Both the position numbers and the translations under genes were made by a program. From Syntrophorhabdaceae bacterium (GTDB taxonomy: Bacteria; Desulfobacterota; Syntrophorhabdia; Syntrophorhabdales; Syntrophorhabdaceae): a stretch of 64,000 nucleotides of DNA. Under the pieces are notes generated by a model, which worked only from the letters and a program-made list of their open reading frames with translations, did no database searches and was not told the DNA's origin. The stretch is taken from assembly GCA_963665295.1 (NCBI GenBank), contig OY762209.1, positions 1,376,001-1,440,000 of the forward strand, given 5' to 3'. Shown in pieces: positions 27,773 through 39,800 of the stretch (the first letter of the stretch is position 1; every line of letters begins with the position of its first letter).

Positions 27773-29257
27773 TTGAACCTACAGCAGCCAAGACCGCCCA
27801 TTACAAGACTTATGAGCCATCTGGGAGCTTTGGCGGCGGCCGTTTTCGCCGTCACAATACCCCTTATATACTACTATTCCACTGTCGTTGAGATGCGCCA
27901 TGCCCTTGCGATAGAAACTGCCTTCTTCGCAAAGTCCGTTGAAAAGACTATTCAGGACAGCCCCGATATGTGGAGGTTCGAGAAGGCAAGACTGACGGAA
28001 CTTGCGTCGCAACCCTCTTTCTCGGGGAAACAGGATGAAAGGGAGATATGGACTTCAGGGGGCGCAATGCTGGTAAAGACCGATTTCGTCGCACAACGTC
28101 CTTGTGTGACTGTCCTGTCAACCCTATTTGACTCGGGGGTGCCTGTCGGTGAGGTCCGGGCGAGACGATCGATTCGCACCCCGACGCTCTACACCGCCCT
28201 GTTGGGAATCTTCAGCTTCTTCTTCGGTTATTTCATATATCTTATCTTCCGTACCTATCCCATCAGAACCCTCGATGGAGTCCTGGCCGACCTTCGCCTT
28301 GAAAAGGAAAGGACGGAAAAGACCCTCCAGGCCATCGGCGACGGGGTTATTTCAGTTGACTCCAGGGGAAGGATCAGCTTGATGAACAGAATGGCGGGAT
28401 CCCTTGTGGGTTGGGACGCCTCCGAGGCAATGGGGCGGCCTCTGGAAGACGTGTACGTCTTGCGTGACAGCCAGGAAGGCCTGCGCGGAGGGAAGGGCGG
28501 TCTCAATATTCTCGTGAGCAAGGAAGGAATCGAGTATGTTATTGAAGAACTCCGCACGCCCGTACCGGAGATGGAGACAGGCAAGGAAGGGACCGTCATT
28601 ATTTTCAAAGACATCTCCGGACGCGATGAGGCTGCCCAGGTGCGACAGAACAACGAACGGAGCATCGCGCGGTTGAGAAAAGGCCTGGGTGCGACGGTCG
28701 AGGCCATTGCCGCGATCGTCGAGACGAGGGACCCCTATACGGCGGGTCACCAGCGGAGGGTAGCCGATCTGGCGAGGGCCATTGCCACGGCCATGGGCCT
28801 CTCGGCCGACCGGATCGACGGCATCCGTATGGCGGCGAGCATTCACGACATAGGGAAGATATCCATCCCTGCGGAAATCCTCAGTAAACCGACGAAGCTG
28901 AGAAACACGGAATCCGAATTGATCAAAGAGCACCCCCGGGCGGGCTACGAAATATTGAAGGATATCGACTTTCCGTGGCCCATTGCGAGGATGGTTTTGG
29001 AGCACCATGAGAGGGTAGACGGGTCGGGATATCCGGAGGGATTGACGGGAGAGCACGTCCTCGTGGAGTCAAGGATTATCGCGGTCGCCGATGTGGTGGA
29101 GGCGATCGCCTCACATCGTCCCTATCGGCCCGCACTCGGGATCGACGCCGCACTGCAGGAAATCGTCAGGAACAAAGGCGTCTTCTATGATCCTGACGTA
29201 GTCGATACGTGCATTCAACTCATAAAGGAAAAGGGCTACAAGATGAAGGAGGATTGA
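27773..29257 (+). CDS. Membrane-anchored PAS + HD-GYP c-di-GMP phosphodiesterase
   Basis: Two TM helices, PAS, RDPYTAGH, HDIGK, HHERVDGSGYP, RPYR. Confidence 0.9.
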   Translation: MNLQQPRPPITRLMSHLGALAAAVFAVTIPLIYYYSTVVEMRHALAIETAFFAKSVEKTIQDSPDMWRFEKARLTELASQPSFSGKQDEREIWTSGGAMLVKTDFVAQRPCVTVLSTLFDSGVPVGEVRARRSIRTPTLYTALLGIFSFFFGYFIYLIFRTYPIRTLDGVLADLRLEKERTEKTLQAIGDGVISVDSRGRISLMNRMAGSLVGWDASEAMGRPLEDVYVLRDSQEGLRGGKGGLNILVSKEGIEYVIEELRTPVPEMETGKEGTVIIFKDISGRDEAAQVRQNNERSIARLRKGLGATVEAIAAIVETRDPYTAGHQRRVADLARAIATAMGLSADRIDGIRMAASIHDIGKISIPAEILSKPTKLRNTESELIKEHPRAGYEILKDIDFPWPIARMVLEHHERVDGSGYPEGLTGEHVLVESRIIAVADVVEAIASHRPYRPALGIDAALQEIVRNKGVFYDPDVVDTCIQLIKEKGYKMKED

Positions 29258-29545
29258 AGGCGCACGTTAAGGAAGCATTAACCGTCGCACATACGTAATG
29301 CGCGGAAGAACAACCCTCTTCCGGGCACAGGTCCGCGGAATGCGGTGTCCGATACATGGTGCAACCTTCCATGGAACCCCGAGCCGCCCGGACCGGTCAT
29401 TAACTTCTCCACAATTTTGCCGATAACAGTGCAGGAGCGCTTGAGGAGCACGACGCAGGAAGGCAGGTGAGGGGCATGGTCTGTCTGAATACATGGACGC
29501 GAGCGCCCTTTCCCGCAAAGGGACATTACCGGTTTGGGGTTGAGA

Positions 29546-31030
29546 ATGAAGACAAAGAGTTTCACTGAAGCAGAGCGTCTGGAGGACCCGGGAGCAGGGA
29601 ACGGCGGCCTCGCGGACGAAACGGACGACAACGGTTTTTCTCCCGGGTATCCTGAGGATGAACCGGACCTTTTTTCAGAGTCCGATATGGACATGGTTGA
29701 AACGATATGCATAAAGGCTGAGTCGTACGAGGAAGAGGGCACAAGCCAGGGCGAAGGGTCGGAAAGAAACGACAGCATAATCTGGGCCTACCTGAAAGAT
29801 ATCGGACACCTATCACTCCTCACCCCCGACGAGGAATACCGGATTGCGAACACGATAGAAGCAGGCGACACCATGGCAAAGAATATTCTCTTCGGGTTGT
29901 CCCGGGCGGTGAAGGAACTCGTGCAAGTCGGCCGGCAGTTGGAGGAAGAGAGCGTAAGGGTAGTGGATATTATCAACGTCAACGGTGTCGGGTTGACCCA
30001 GGAAGATGAGGAGCGATACAAGGCGGAAACCATATCGTCCATCAATACCATCAAAAGCCTTCATGACTCGAGGGCGGAGATAAAGAGGAATATGGCGGAA
30101 ACGGTGGAACCGGCCGGGAAGGAATGGGAGAAAGACCTGGAGGTGATCGGGGACAAGGCGGAAGCAGTCCTCCGCAATCTTAAACTCAGCAAGAAGGTCC
30201 TCACGGACATTATCGGGAAGGTTGCAGGGCAGATGGATTCAAGGGGTGATGACGAAGCAAGGGCGGTACAGCACGGATTGAACCAACTCGCAAAGATCGA
30301 CCATGACCAGAAGGCTGCCAGGGACAGGCTGGTTCAGGCAAACCTGAGGCTCGTCATCAATATCGCCAAGAGATACACAAACAGGGGCCTTCCTCTTCTC
30401 GACCTTATCCAGGAAGGCAACATGGGCATCATGAAAGCGGCGGAGAAGTACGATTATCGAAGGGGCTACAAGTTCTCCACATATGCGACGTGGTGGATCA
30501 GGCAGGCAATAACACGGGCAATCGCCGACTGCGCGCGGAACATCAGGGTGCCGGTCCATATGCTCGAAGCAGCGAACAAGATCGACAAAGTGACCAAGGC
30601 CCTCAACCAGGAACTCGGAAGAAGGCCGGACCCCGAAGAGATAGCACGGGAAGCCGGGCTTCCCCTGGAGAAGGTACGGAAAGTCATGAAGATTCGAGAT
30701 GGGACAGTATCCCTTGAAACCCCGATCGGAGACGACGAAGGTACCCTCGGGGATCTCATGGTGGATAGTGAAGCTTCTTCGCCTTTTGACGAGTTTGAAG
30801 GCGCGTCTCTTAAGGAAGAGGTAGACAAAGTCCTGTCCACTCTCACACCGAGAGAAGAGAAGATCATACGGATGAGACTCGGCATCAACGAGGAGACCGA
30901 ATATACCCTGGAAGAAGTGGGCGATCTCTTTGGAGTTACCCGTGAACGCATCCGCCAGATCGAACTCAAGGCCCTGAACAAGCTGAAACACCGCTCACGG
31001 CGAAGTATGCTGGAGAGCTTCCGGGAATAA
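29546..31030 (+). CDS. RpoD-like sigma70 factor (paralogue)
   Basis: Region 1.2 YLKDIG..LLT.DEE, region 2 ANLRLV..IAK and [17 protein letters not shown], region 4 [18 protein letters not shown]. Confidence 0.9.
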   Translation: MKTKSFTEAERLEDPGAGNGGLADETDDNGFSPGYPEDEPDLFSESDMDMVETICIKAESYEEEGTSQGEGSERNDSIIWAYLKDIGHLSLLTPDEEYRIANTIEAGDTMAKNILFGLSRAVKELVQVGRQLEEESVRVVDIINVNGVGLTQEDEERYKAETISSINTIKSLHDSRAEIKRNMAETVEPAGKEWEKDLEVIGDKAEAVLRNLKLSKKVLTDIIGKVAGQMDSRGDDEARAVQHGLNQLAKIDHDQKAARDRLVQANLRLVINIAKRYTNRGLPLLDLIQEGNMGIMKAAEKYDYRRGYKFSTYATWWIRQAITRAIADCARNIRVPVHMLEAANKIDKVTKALNQELGRRPDPEEIAREAGLPLEKVRKVMKIRDGTVSLETPIGDDEGTLGDLMVDSEASSPFDEFEGASLKEEVDKVLSTLTPREEKIIRMRLGINEETEYTLEEVGDLFGVTRERIRQIELKALNKLKHRSRRSMLESFRE

Positions 31031-31037
31031 CCCCGCG

Positions 31038-32141
31038 CTACACGACTACGTTTTGCGCATACCTGCCCAGTATTCTCTTTATCACGTAGCTGGAGATAAA
31101 GGATAGCACTACAATGCTCAGGAATATCACAGGCAGCATATTCTGCCCCGTCAAGTGCAACATGCGAAAGACCACGGTGCATACAGCCGCGATTACAAGG
31201 TGAACGCAGAAGACTCCCAATGTCAGTTGGGACAATCCGGTGATCACTGCGGCGGATCGTTCACTCTTGAAAATATCCAAGGTCAAAGAGAAATAGAGAA
31301 CCAGGACTGTCGCGAGGAAGAGTCCAAATCCATTATAACCGAAGCCATAGGCGGGGTTATCGACAGCAGAGAAATAATATCCCAGCCCATACGCCGCGAT
31401 TATCGCACAGTACGACAGAGCCTTTTGCGGATCGAACTGCTTTCCATACCTTTTATAGCGATTTAACAATAATCCCGCGGAAAAATATGGAACGAATTCG
31501 ATAAACCTTCCCAGGGTGAACCGGACCCGATAGTCCATATCTCCGAACAGGAGATAATTGATCCGACTGTATTGGACCAGAAAGCTCACCAGGATCAATG
31601 CCGTGCAGACTATTATGTTCGTTTTGACAGTCTTCGTCATAACGACATAGAAGAATAGATTGAGCCACAGCAGGTCTATAAAATAATACCCTATGGCAGA
31701 GATGGAGTGGCCGAAAAATAGCTGCCAGGCAATATTCGGGAGGTTGACAATCTGATATTCAGGAAGCGTCTTGCCGCCGATCCTTGACGATGCGGCCATG
31801 AACATCAGGTTGGCGAGGCAGTAGACGAGGCTCCACGCGAGTACGGGGGTGTAGAGGCGCTTCAGTCTCGAAATGACAAAAGGCTTGAAAGTCAGGGACT
31901 TCGAGAAGAAATATTCCGACGTGAGATATGACGATATCATTATGAAGGTCGGCACGGCAGTCCGCTTCAGAAACCCGAGGAATGGCGCAAAATTCTCAAA
32001 GTATTCAAAACTCGCAGTGTGATTGCCGATGACCAGGACGGCCATTATGATTCTCAAAAACTCTATTACGATATTTCTATTTGTGTACGGTGTTATCTTC
32101 TTAACTTCCTGCATGGTATGTACCCTGTCTCCGGTCTGCAT
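31038..32141 (-). CDS. Acyltransferase-3 family membrane O-acyltransferase
   Basis: IEFLR....LVI..H, AVP.F..IS.Y, R.KRLY.P and LG...H motifs. About 10 TM segments, AT-rich codon usage. Confidence 0.8.
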   Translation of the reverse strand: MQTGDRVHTMQEVKKITPYTNRNIVIEFLRIIMAVLVIGNHTASFEYFENFAPFLGFLKRTAVPTFIMISSYLTSEYFFSKSLTFKPFVISRLKRLYTPVLAWSLVYCLANLMFMAASSRIGGKTLPEYQIVNLPNIAWQLFFGHSISAIGYYFIDLLWLNLFFYVVMTKTVKTNIIVCTALILVSFLVQYSRINYLLFGDMDYRVRFTLGRFIEFVPYFSAGLLLNRYKRYGKQFDPQKALSYCAIIAAYGLGYYFSAVDNPAYGFGYNGFGLFLATVLVLYFSLTLDIFKSERSAAVITGLSQLTLGVFCVHLVIAAVCTVVFRMLHLTGQNMLPVIFLSIVVLSFISSYVIKRILGRYAQNVVV

Positions 32142-32389
32142 CTTAGCTCAGTTCGGCCATTTTTGCAAGGGCCATGCCTTCTTCGGATGGACAAAGGGCG
32201 ACCTTGACCGGCACCCTTCTCCGGTATGCAGAATGGGCTCAAAGCCCGTTTTCCCCCAGGCTTTTGCGCGTGCGTCTCAAGAGGTTGTGTTGCCGCCCGC
32301 CCATGCCTATTTTATGTATTGACCATTTCATGGGGTCGTTTATAATATCAGACCATGAGGGCACCAAAAATACATTTCAGGAGGTTCAC

Positions 32390-32794
32390 ATGACCACCGC
32401 TCTTGAGTATCTGAAAATCAATCCTGTATTTCACATTGCCACTGTTGACGGCACGAAGGCCAGGGTCCGCCCCTTCGGTTTCAGCATGGGGAGAAACGGC
32501 GCCCTGTATTTCTGCACCAACAAGACCAAAGACGTGTACAAACAACTGGTTCAGAATCCTGAAATCGAGATTTCCGACATGGGAAAAGACGGAACATGGC
32601 TCCGGGTAAGAGGCAGGATCGCATTTGATGAGACCCGGGACGCAAAGGTTCAGGCCTTCGGGGAGTCGGCCAACCTCAGTAAGGTCTATCCCAAAGGGGC
32701 GGATGACGAAACCTTTGTAACCTTTTACTTTACCGAGGCCGCGGCAACATTGTTCTCCTTTACGGAAGCCCCCAAGGACATACCTCTCCTTTAG
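32390..32794 (+). CDS. Pyridoxamine 5'-phosphate oxidase-family (FMN split-barrel) protein
   Basis: RBS aggagg. IATVDG..ARVRPF, LYFCT...KDVYKQL..NP.IEI and WLRV.G motifs. Confidence 0.85.
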   Translation: MTTALEYLKINPVFHIATVDGTKARVRPFGFSMGRNGALYFCTNKTKDVYKQLVQNPEIEISDMGKDGTWLRVRGRIAFDETRDAKVQAFGESANLSKVYPKGADDETFVTFYFTEAAATLFSFTEAPKDIPLL

Positions 32795-33108
32795 GAACAC
32801 CCTGTCTTAAACAGGCAAAAGGCGGACCTTCACTTCCGGAAAGCGGCCGGAGTGCGGAGGTCCGCATAGTGTCTGGAAACATTCAATCGCAAGGTCCGGA
32901 AATATTACTCACGGCAAACAAAGGGCGCAGGTCGCAACGGCGATGCGTTGCTGCCGCCCGTTGCTCCGGAAAAGTATCCTTTTTTCATACCGTTTAGGAA
33001 CATTATGGTTGCAAAGTCAACAGAATAAAGAGAAAATGAATTGAGTGAACCTTGGGAAGAGAATGACATCCCACGATTTGACGCCATGACGAAGAGAAAC
33101 CGGGAGAG

Positions 33109-36100
33109 ATGAGGCGGGTATTGGACATTCCGGGAGCCATGTTCCTGTGCTCCCTCACGATTTTCCTTTTGTGTTCCCTCGGGTCGCTTGCGGAAGCCAT
33201 GACGGACCTCGGGGCCATGGGAGGAGACCACAGCGAAGCCACTGCCATCAACAGCGCGGGACAGGTGGTGGGGTATTTCTCCTCAGGCCGTTATAACCAT
33301 GCCTTTCTTTACGACCACGGGACCATGACCGACATCGGAACCCTGCCGGGCGGGGACAGCAGTGCGGCCACCGCCATCAACAGCGCGGGACAGGTGGTGG
33401 GGAATTCCGACTATGGATCCGGCCATTGGTGTGCCTTTCTCTACAAGAGCGGATACATACAGGACCTCCGCTACACGGGGGGTCACCTCGGTTCCGCCGC
33501 GGGCATCAATAGATCGGGTCAGGTGGCGGGGCTTGACTACACTCCCTATGAACATGCCTTTATCTACAGGGCCGGAAACATGACCGACCTCGGAACCCTG
33601 GGAGGAAAACGGAGCTATGCCGCGGGCATCAACGATGCGGGACAGGTGGCGGGATACTCCGACACACCGTCCGGCGACCGCCACGCCTTTCTCTACAACA
33701 ATGGAAACATGACCGACCTCGGAACCCTCGGCGGAAACAACAGTTATGCTACGGGCATCAATAAATGGGGACAGGTGGCGGGGTACTCCGAAACGTCATC
33801 CGGCAACCATCACGCTTTTCTCTACAACAACGGGACAATGACCGACCTCGGGACCCTCGGAGGAGGCAACAGCACGGCCACCGGTGTCAACGAGTCGTTA
33901 CAGGTGGTGGGGTATTCCGACACGCCGTCCGGGAACACCCGTGCCTTTCTCTACCGCGACGGACACATGATCGACCTCGGGACCCTCGGCGGAGAGAATA
34001 GCTATGCCACGGGCATCAACGACGCGGGTCAGGTGGTGGGGGGCGCTGAAACTTCATCCGGCGCTACCCATGCTTTCCTGTCGGAAAGCCCCTCATTCCT
34101 CACCGTCACCAAGGCCGGGAACGGTTTTGGAGCCGTTACTTCCTCTCCCGCCGGTATCTCCTGCGGTTCGGCCTGTTTCGCCTGTTTCGCCCCAGGGGAC
34201 AGTATCACCCTCACCGCCGTGCCGGAAATAGGCTCCAGGTTCACGAAGTGGTCGGGAGGGAAGTGCACGGGTAAGGGCGCATGCACCATCAAGATGCCCG
34301 CCGACGATGTTGCCGTGGAGGCCACATTCACGCACACCACCTACGTGCTGACCGCGACGAGAACGGGCACGGGCTCAGGGACCCTCTCCGCAACGGGCCT
34401 TACCTGCGTCGGCACGAGTTGTTCGGGAACCTATGACTGCGATACACCGGTGACCATAACCGCAGAGGCAGGCGCGGGTTCCACTTTTACGGGCTGGACG
34501 GGCTGTGATTCGACCTCGGGGAACTCCTGCAAGGTCACCATGACGGGCAACAAATCCGTAAACGCCGACTTCACCCTGAATACCTTCACCCTGACTGCAA
34601 CAAAAACCGGCACTGGCTCAGGGACCCTCTCCGCAACGGGCCTTACCTGCAACGGGGCTACCTGCACAGGGAAATACCCCTATAATTCCTCCGTAACCAT
34701 AACCGCCGCCCCGGCGACGGGTTCCACTTTCGGCGCATGGACGGGCTGCGCCACCTCTTCGGGGACTGCCTGCACGGTTACCATGAGCGTAGCCAGATCG
34801 GTCTCCGCGAGCTTCACCTCGAATGCCTACACCCTGACTGCAACAAGAACGGGCGCAGGCACCGGCACCCTCTCCGCAACGGGCCTTACCTGTAACGGCG
34901 CTACCTGCACGGGGGCGTACCCCTATAATACTTCCGTGACCATAACCGCCGCCCCGGCCACGGGTTCCACCTTGGGCACCTGGACGGGCTGTGATTCAAG
35001 CTCGGGAACTACCTGCACGGTTACCATGAGCGCAGCCAGATCGGTCTCCGCGAGCTTCACCTCGAATACCTACACCCTGACTGCAACAAGAACGGGCACG
35101 GGCACCGGGACCCTCTCCGCAACAGGGCTTACCTGTAACGGCGCTACCTGTACAGGGACATATCCCTATAATACCTCCGTGACCATAACCGCGGCCCCGG
35201 CCACGGGTTCCACCTTTGGCACCTGGACGGGCTGTGATTCAAGTTCAGGAAATTCGTGTAAGGTTACCATGAGCGCAGCCAGATCGGTCTCCGCGAGTTT
35301 CGTTGTGCGTACCTACGCGGTGTCCGCCTCTGCTCCAGGCGGTCACGGCTCAGTGAGCCCCGGCGTTCAGACGGTGAATTACGGCGCGTCATCTGCCGTC
35401 ACCATCGTCCCCGATAAGGGCTACCACATAGACTCCATTACGGATAACGGCCGGTCGGCGGCAATCGCCAACCCTTATGTCATAAATAATGTAGTTGCCG
35501 ACCATGTCATAGCGGTTACCTTCGGCACGACCTACACCCTCTCCCTGCAACCCGGTGGCGGGGGCGTCGGCACGGTCACGAGCAGCCCCAAAGGGATCAA
35601 CTGCGGGAGCACCTGCACCTATGATTTCAAATCGGGCACGAAGGTGACCTTGACCGCCAAACCCGTGGGTAACGCCGCCTTCACAGGCTGGTCGGGGGGA
35701 GGCTGCCAAGGTACGGGCGCGTGCACGGTAACCATGCTGAACGATACGAACGTGACCGCCGGCTTTGCGCCCCCCGCAACCATCACAATCGATCCCACGG
35801 GTCAGGGCGACGGCACCGTCACGAGCAGTCCAACCGGTATCAACTGCGGCAGTACATGCAGCGCGGCATTCAAGATGAACTCCAGGGTAACCCTCACGGC
35901 AAGGCCCGGGGCAAACTCATACTTCACCGGATGGACCGGCCCCTGTTCGGCAGGCAAGACCACCTGCACGATTACCGTCGCCGGCGCGACTACGATAGGC
36001 GCGAACTTTTCCTCCGATCCGAAGATTTCCGTCACCCCTTCCTCCAAGGACTTCGGCAAAGTCTCTCTGAATAAGAGAAAGAATCAGACTTTTACGGTAA

Positions 36101-36375
36101 AGAACGTGGGAAAGGGAACCCTGTCTCCGTCATCAATCAACATAACGGGAAGCCCCTTCTTCACCATGAGCGCCAACGGATGCGGCAATGCGGACCTGAA
36201 GCCGAATAAGACCTGTACCTTTACAATAGTCTTTAAGCCCCTCAACCCGGCCCCTGCTCCCGGAGCGGTTTCCATCTCCTCCAACGATCCGGCGACCCCC
36301 GTTTTCATCATACCTGTCGCGGGAAATGCCGGTGGTACGGGCAGCGCGCCGGAGGAGGACGCACCCGATTCCTGA
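33109..36375 (+). CDS. Secreted HAF-repeat protein with Cys-rich bacterial-repeat (InlB-B/Flg_new-like) domains and a C-terminal choice-of-anchor-D/ASH domain
   Basis: About 7 MTDLGTLGG..S.A.GIN..GQV.G...HAFLY repeats, G.G.V.S.P.GI.CG..C...F..W.G repeats, and a C-terminal DFG.V...F.VKN.G.G.L...ISSNDP domain. Confidence 0.88.
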   Translation: MRRVLDIPGAMFLCSLTIFLLCSLGSLAEAMTDLGAMGGDHSEATAINSAGQVVGYFSSGRYNHAFLYDHGTMTDIGTLPGGDSSAATAINSAGQVVGNSDYGSGHWCAFLYKSGYIQDLRYTGGHLGSAAGINRSGQVAGLDYTPYEHAFIYRAGNMTDLGTLGGKRSYAAGINDAGQVAGYSDTPSGDRHAFLYNNGNMTDLGTLGGNNSYATGINKWGQVAGYSETSSGNHHAFLYNNGTMTDLGTLGGGNSTATGVNESLQVVGYSDTPSGNTRAFLYRDGHMIDLGTLGGENSYATGINDAGQVVGGAETSSGATHAFLSESPSFLTVTKAGNGFGAVTSSPAGISCGSACFACFAPGDSITLTAVPEIGSRFTKWSGGKCTGKGACTIKMPADDVAVEATFTHTTYVLTATRTGTGSGTLSATGLTCVGTSCSGTYDCDTPVTITAEAGAGSTFTGWTGCDSTSGNSCKVTMTGNKSVNADFTLNTFTLTATKTGTGSGTLSATGLTCNGATCTGKYPYNSSVTITAAPATGSTFGAWTGCATSSGTACTVTMSVARSVSASFTSNAYTLTATRTGAGTGTLSATGLTCNGATCTGAYPYNTSVTITAAPATGSTLGTWTGCDSSSGTTCTVTMSAARSVSASFTSNTYTLTATRTGTGTGTLSATGLTCNGATCTGTYPYNTSVTITAAPATGSTFGTWTGCDSSSGNSCKVTMSAARSVSASFVVRTYAVSASAPGGHGSVSPGVQTVNYGASSAVTIVPDKGYHIDSITDNGRSAAIANPYVINNVVADHVIAVTFGTTYTLSLQPGGGGVGTVTSSPKGINCGSTCTYDFKSGTKVTLTAKPVGNAAFTGWSGGGCQGTGACTVTMLNDTNVTAGFAPPATITIDPTGQGDGTVTSSPTGINCGSTCSAAFKMNSRVTLTARPGANSYFTGWTGPCSAGKTTCTITVAGATTIGANFSSDPKISVTPSSKDFGKVSLNKRKNQTFTVKNVGKGTLSPSSINITGSPFFTMSANGCGNADLKPNKTCTFTIVFKPLNPAPAPGAVSISSNDPATPVFIIPVAGNAGGTGSAPEEDAPDS
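34348..35310 (+). repeat. Four tandem 243-bp (81-aa) intragenic repeats
   Basis: accctctccgcaac recurs at 34381, 34624, 34867 and 35110. Confidence 0.9.
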
Positions 36376-36420
36376 ACCCCTGTCCCGGCAATGCATAAGG
36401 ATACGGGTTTGACCCCCATA

Positions 36421-36558
36421 TTACTGCTTGCTTTGCACCACCGTGAAGACTTTCTTCTGTTTGGGGTCTCCGGTGAGGGTTATGTTGATCTTGCCCGTCC
36501 TCCTGGCGCCCGGCGCCTTCGGGATCACCGAATAGGACACTTCTCCCGTTCCCGTGCC
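36421..36558 (-). pseudogene. Remnant copy of the 3' end of the protease gene 40187-42028
   Basis: 138-bp near-identical match to 40187-40324. Encodes ...GDPKQKKVFTVVQSKQ*. Confidence 0.85.
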
Positions 36559-36864
36559 TCATGTCTCCCGAAAAATGGATTGACAGGCATTTACATAGTC
36601 GCTACAATTGTCACGTTATCGGGCCCCCGCGTGCGGTTTGCAGCTCCCGGGTGGGAAGGGGAAGAAGCAAATGGGCCTCATTCAGGGCATTTTTTCTTCT
36701 GTCTCTTTTTCGGGCTCACCATGGCGGAGTGGAATGGTCCGTTCAGGAGGGGTGCGTTCGCCGGGCATCAGAAAGGAAAACCCCGGGAGAAACTCAAAAT
36801 AAACATGACATGAAAACGGGCCTTCCATAAGCGAGCACGACTTTGTTGCGGAAAAGGAGGAGGA

Positions 36865-39800
36865 ATGATACCACCGCTCCCAGCGTGGAAGACCATGCAC
36901 AGGGTAAGCAGATTTGCGTCACAATGGGTGATGGTGTTCTTCTGTGTCTTCCTGTTCCATCTCCTCGCCCTCCCGGTTCACCCGGCCCCAACCGGTGCAG
37001 CCGCGGGGAAGGTCAACACAGGAGGTCAACCAGGGACTTTCTCTTCCAGTCGAATCTCTTCTTTCAGGATCGACACCGATCCCCTTGCCCAGTGGGTCGT
37101 GAGAAACAAGGCAATGCCTGCTGACGCTAATTTGGAGAGTGTAGCCTACGGTAATGGACTCTTCGTGGCAGTGGGCAACCCCCAGGTTAGCTCTTCCTGC
37201 CCCATATACACTTCTCCCGATGGCATCGTATGGACCCAGCAGACACTGCCGGCCAAAACTCTGGAGACGCTCGAACGATTCTTCGGCGTCACTTACGGTA
37301 ATGGACTTTTCGTGGCAGTGGGAGCGTCCAGGACCGGCGCAGACGACTTAGTGTTGGTGCCCACGATCTTCACCTCACCGGATGGGGCCACATGGACCCA
37401 GAGGACCGCACCCGTGGAAGCGGGGTTACTTAGCAGGCTCTACGGCGTGACCCACGGCAACGGAACCTTCGTCGCGGTGGGGCATTATTTTACCGATGAT
37501 ACGATGGCAACCTCTTCCCCGGTTGTTCTCACCTCACCGGATGGGGTCACATGGACCCGGAGAACTCCGCCGGGCGGGAACAGGGCCCTGGCGGGCGCCG
37601 GTTACGGCAACGGAACTTTCGTGGCAGTGGGGTATGACCGTTCCATAAAACTCTGGGAGCCCGATGTCCCTGTCCTCCTCACTTCCCCTGATGGCGAGAC
37701 GTGGACCCAACAGACGGTACCGCCTCAAATAGGCGGGGTGCTGAACGGCCTCAGCAGCGTTACCTACGGCAACGGGCTTTTCGTGGCAGCGGGGTATAAT
37801 TATGACAATGTGTCTGGTAGAACCGTTCCCACCATATTCACTTCCCCTAATGGCGCCGCATGGACCCAGAGGACGCTCCCGACCATCCAAACCGGGGCGG
37901 TCCTCCGTAGCGTCACCTACGGCAACGGAGTCTTCGCAGCAGTGGGAGGCAATGATTATTATGGGGGATTTGTCCCTATTGTCCTTTTCTCGCCTAATGG
38001 CGCCACATGGACCCAGGTTACAATGACGGATCAAAGGCGGCCGCTCTCCGGGATCACCTATGGCAACGACATGTTCGTCGCAGTCGGGGGTGTCGACGCA
38101 TACGACAATCCCGTACCCGCCGTATTGACTTCGCCCGACGGCAGTGCGTGGACCTGGAGGACCTCGGCGGCTCAGAACGGAACGCTCCTCGGGATCACCT
38201 ATGGCAACGATATGTTCGTCGCAGTGGGGGAATCTGATTACGGCTATGCCATACTCGCCTCATCCGACGGCATCACGTGGACCCCGGGGACACAACCGTA
38301 TCAACACGGCTACACCAATGGGCTCGGCAGCGTCACCTACGGTAATGGAACCTTCGCGGCAGCGGGATTTAACTACCATGACACAGCCCAGGTATATACC
38401 CCCGTTGCCTTTTCCTCGTCCGACGGCATCAATTGGACTCAGGGGACGCTCCCCGCTCTGGTACAAACCGGGGCGCTCAACGGCGTCACCTACGGCAACG
38501 GAATTTTCGTAGCAGCGGGGTATAGCCATACTACCACGCCTCACGTATATACCCCCGTTGCCCTTTCCTCGTCCGACGGCATCAATTGGACCCAGGCGAC
38601 GCTCCCTGCGCAAACCGGGGCGCTCTACGGCGTCACTTACGGCAACAATATGTTCGCAGCAGTCGGTGATGCCGTATTCACCTCGCCTGACGGAAACACA
38701 TGGACCAGGAGGGCCGGCAAGACTTTCTACGGCGTCACCTATGGCAACGGAATGTTCGTGGCGGCCGGCGCCAACATATTCACCTCATCCGACGGCATCA
38801 AATGGACCCAGAGGACGACCAGCAAGAGCAAGCAGAGGCTTACGAGCGTCACCTACGGCAACGGAAGCTTCGTGGCAGTGGGGTGGGATGATTACCCGTA
38901 CATCCCCATTGTCCTCTTTTCGTCCGACGGCATCACATGGACCCGGAAAACCTCGCCCGTGGCAGCGGGACTGCTGAGCGGGGGGCTCTTCTGTGTGACC
39001 AATGGCAACGGAACGTTCGTGGCGGTGGGAGACGAGGGCGTCATCATCCAGTCCCAGTCGGGCGGTTCCGAATACACGCTTTTCGTCGCCCGGTCGGGCG
39101 CAGGCAGCGGCGCTGTCGTAAGCTCCCCTGACGGCATCAACTGCGGGAGTACCTGCTCCGCTCCCTTCGCAAAAAGCAGCTCCGCGACTCTCACGGCAAC
39201 AGCCGCATCAGGGTCTACCTTCAAGTCCTGGTCCGGCTGCACCTCTTCGTCGGGCAATATCTGCATTGTTACCATGGACCAGACAAAGACGGTGACCGCC
39301 ACATTCATCATCGCCAACCCCATGAAGCTCACTGTCGCCAAGGTAAAGCAGAACGGCGGGGACGGGACCGTCGTGAGCTCCCCTGACGGCATCAACTGCG
39401 GGAGTATCTGCTCAGCCCCCTATGCCCCGGGCGCCCAAGTGACCCTCACGGCAAGCGCCGATGCAGGTTCCGTTTTTACCTCCTGGTCCGGCTGCGCTTC
39501 TTCCTCGGATACCCTCTGTACCGTTACCATGGACAAGGCAAAAACCGTAAAGGCGGGCTTCGCGGGACCCCAGACCCTCACCGTGAAGAACGCTTCCGTA
39601 AACAAAGGTTCGGGCACAGTAATGAGCGACCCTGCGGGCATTAACTGTGCATCAGGTTCCTGCAAGGGAACCTTCGCATATAATACAGAGGTGACCCTCA
39701 CGGCAAGCGCCGATGCAGGTTCCGTTTTTACCTCCTGGTCCGGCTGCGCTTCTTCCTCGGATACCCTCTGTACCGTTACCATGGACAAGGCAAAAACCGT

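Noticed and set aside
33200..39000. Regularly spaced DNA repeats as a CRISPR or DGR array
   Set aside because: They are in-frame coding repeats (HAF, propeller, stalk) with third-position variation, and no cas or reverse transcriptase gene is present.
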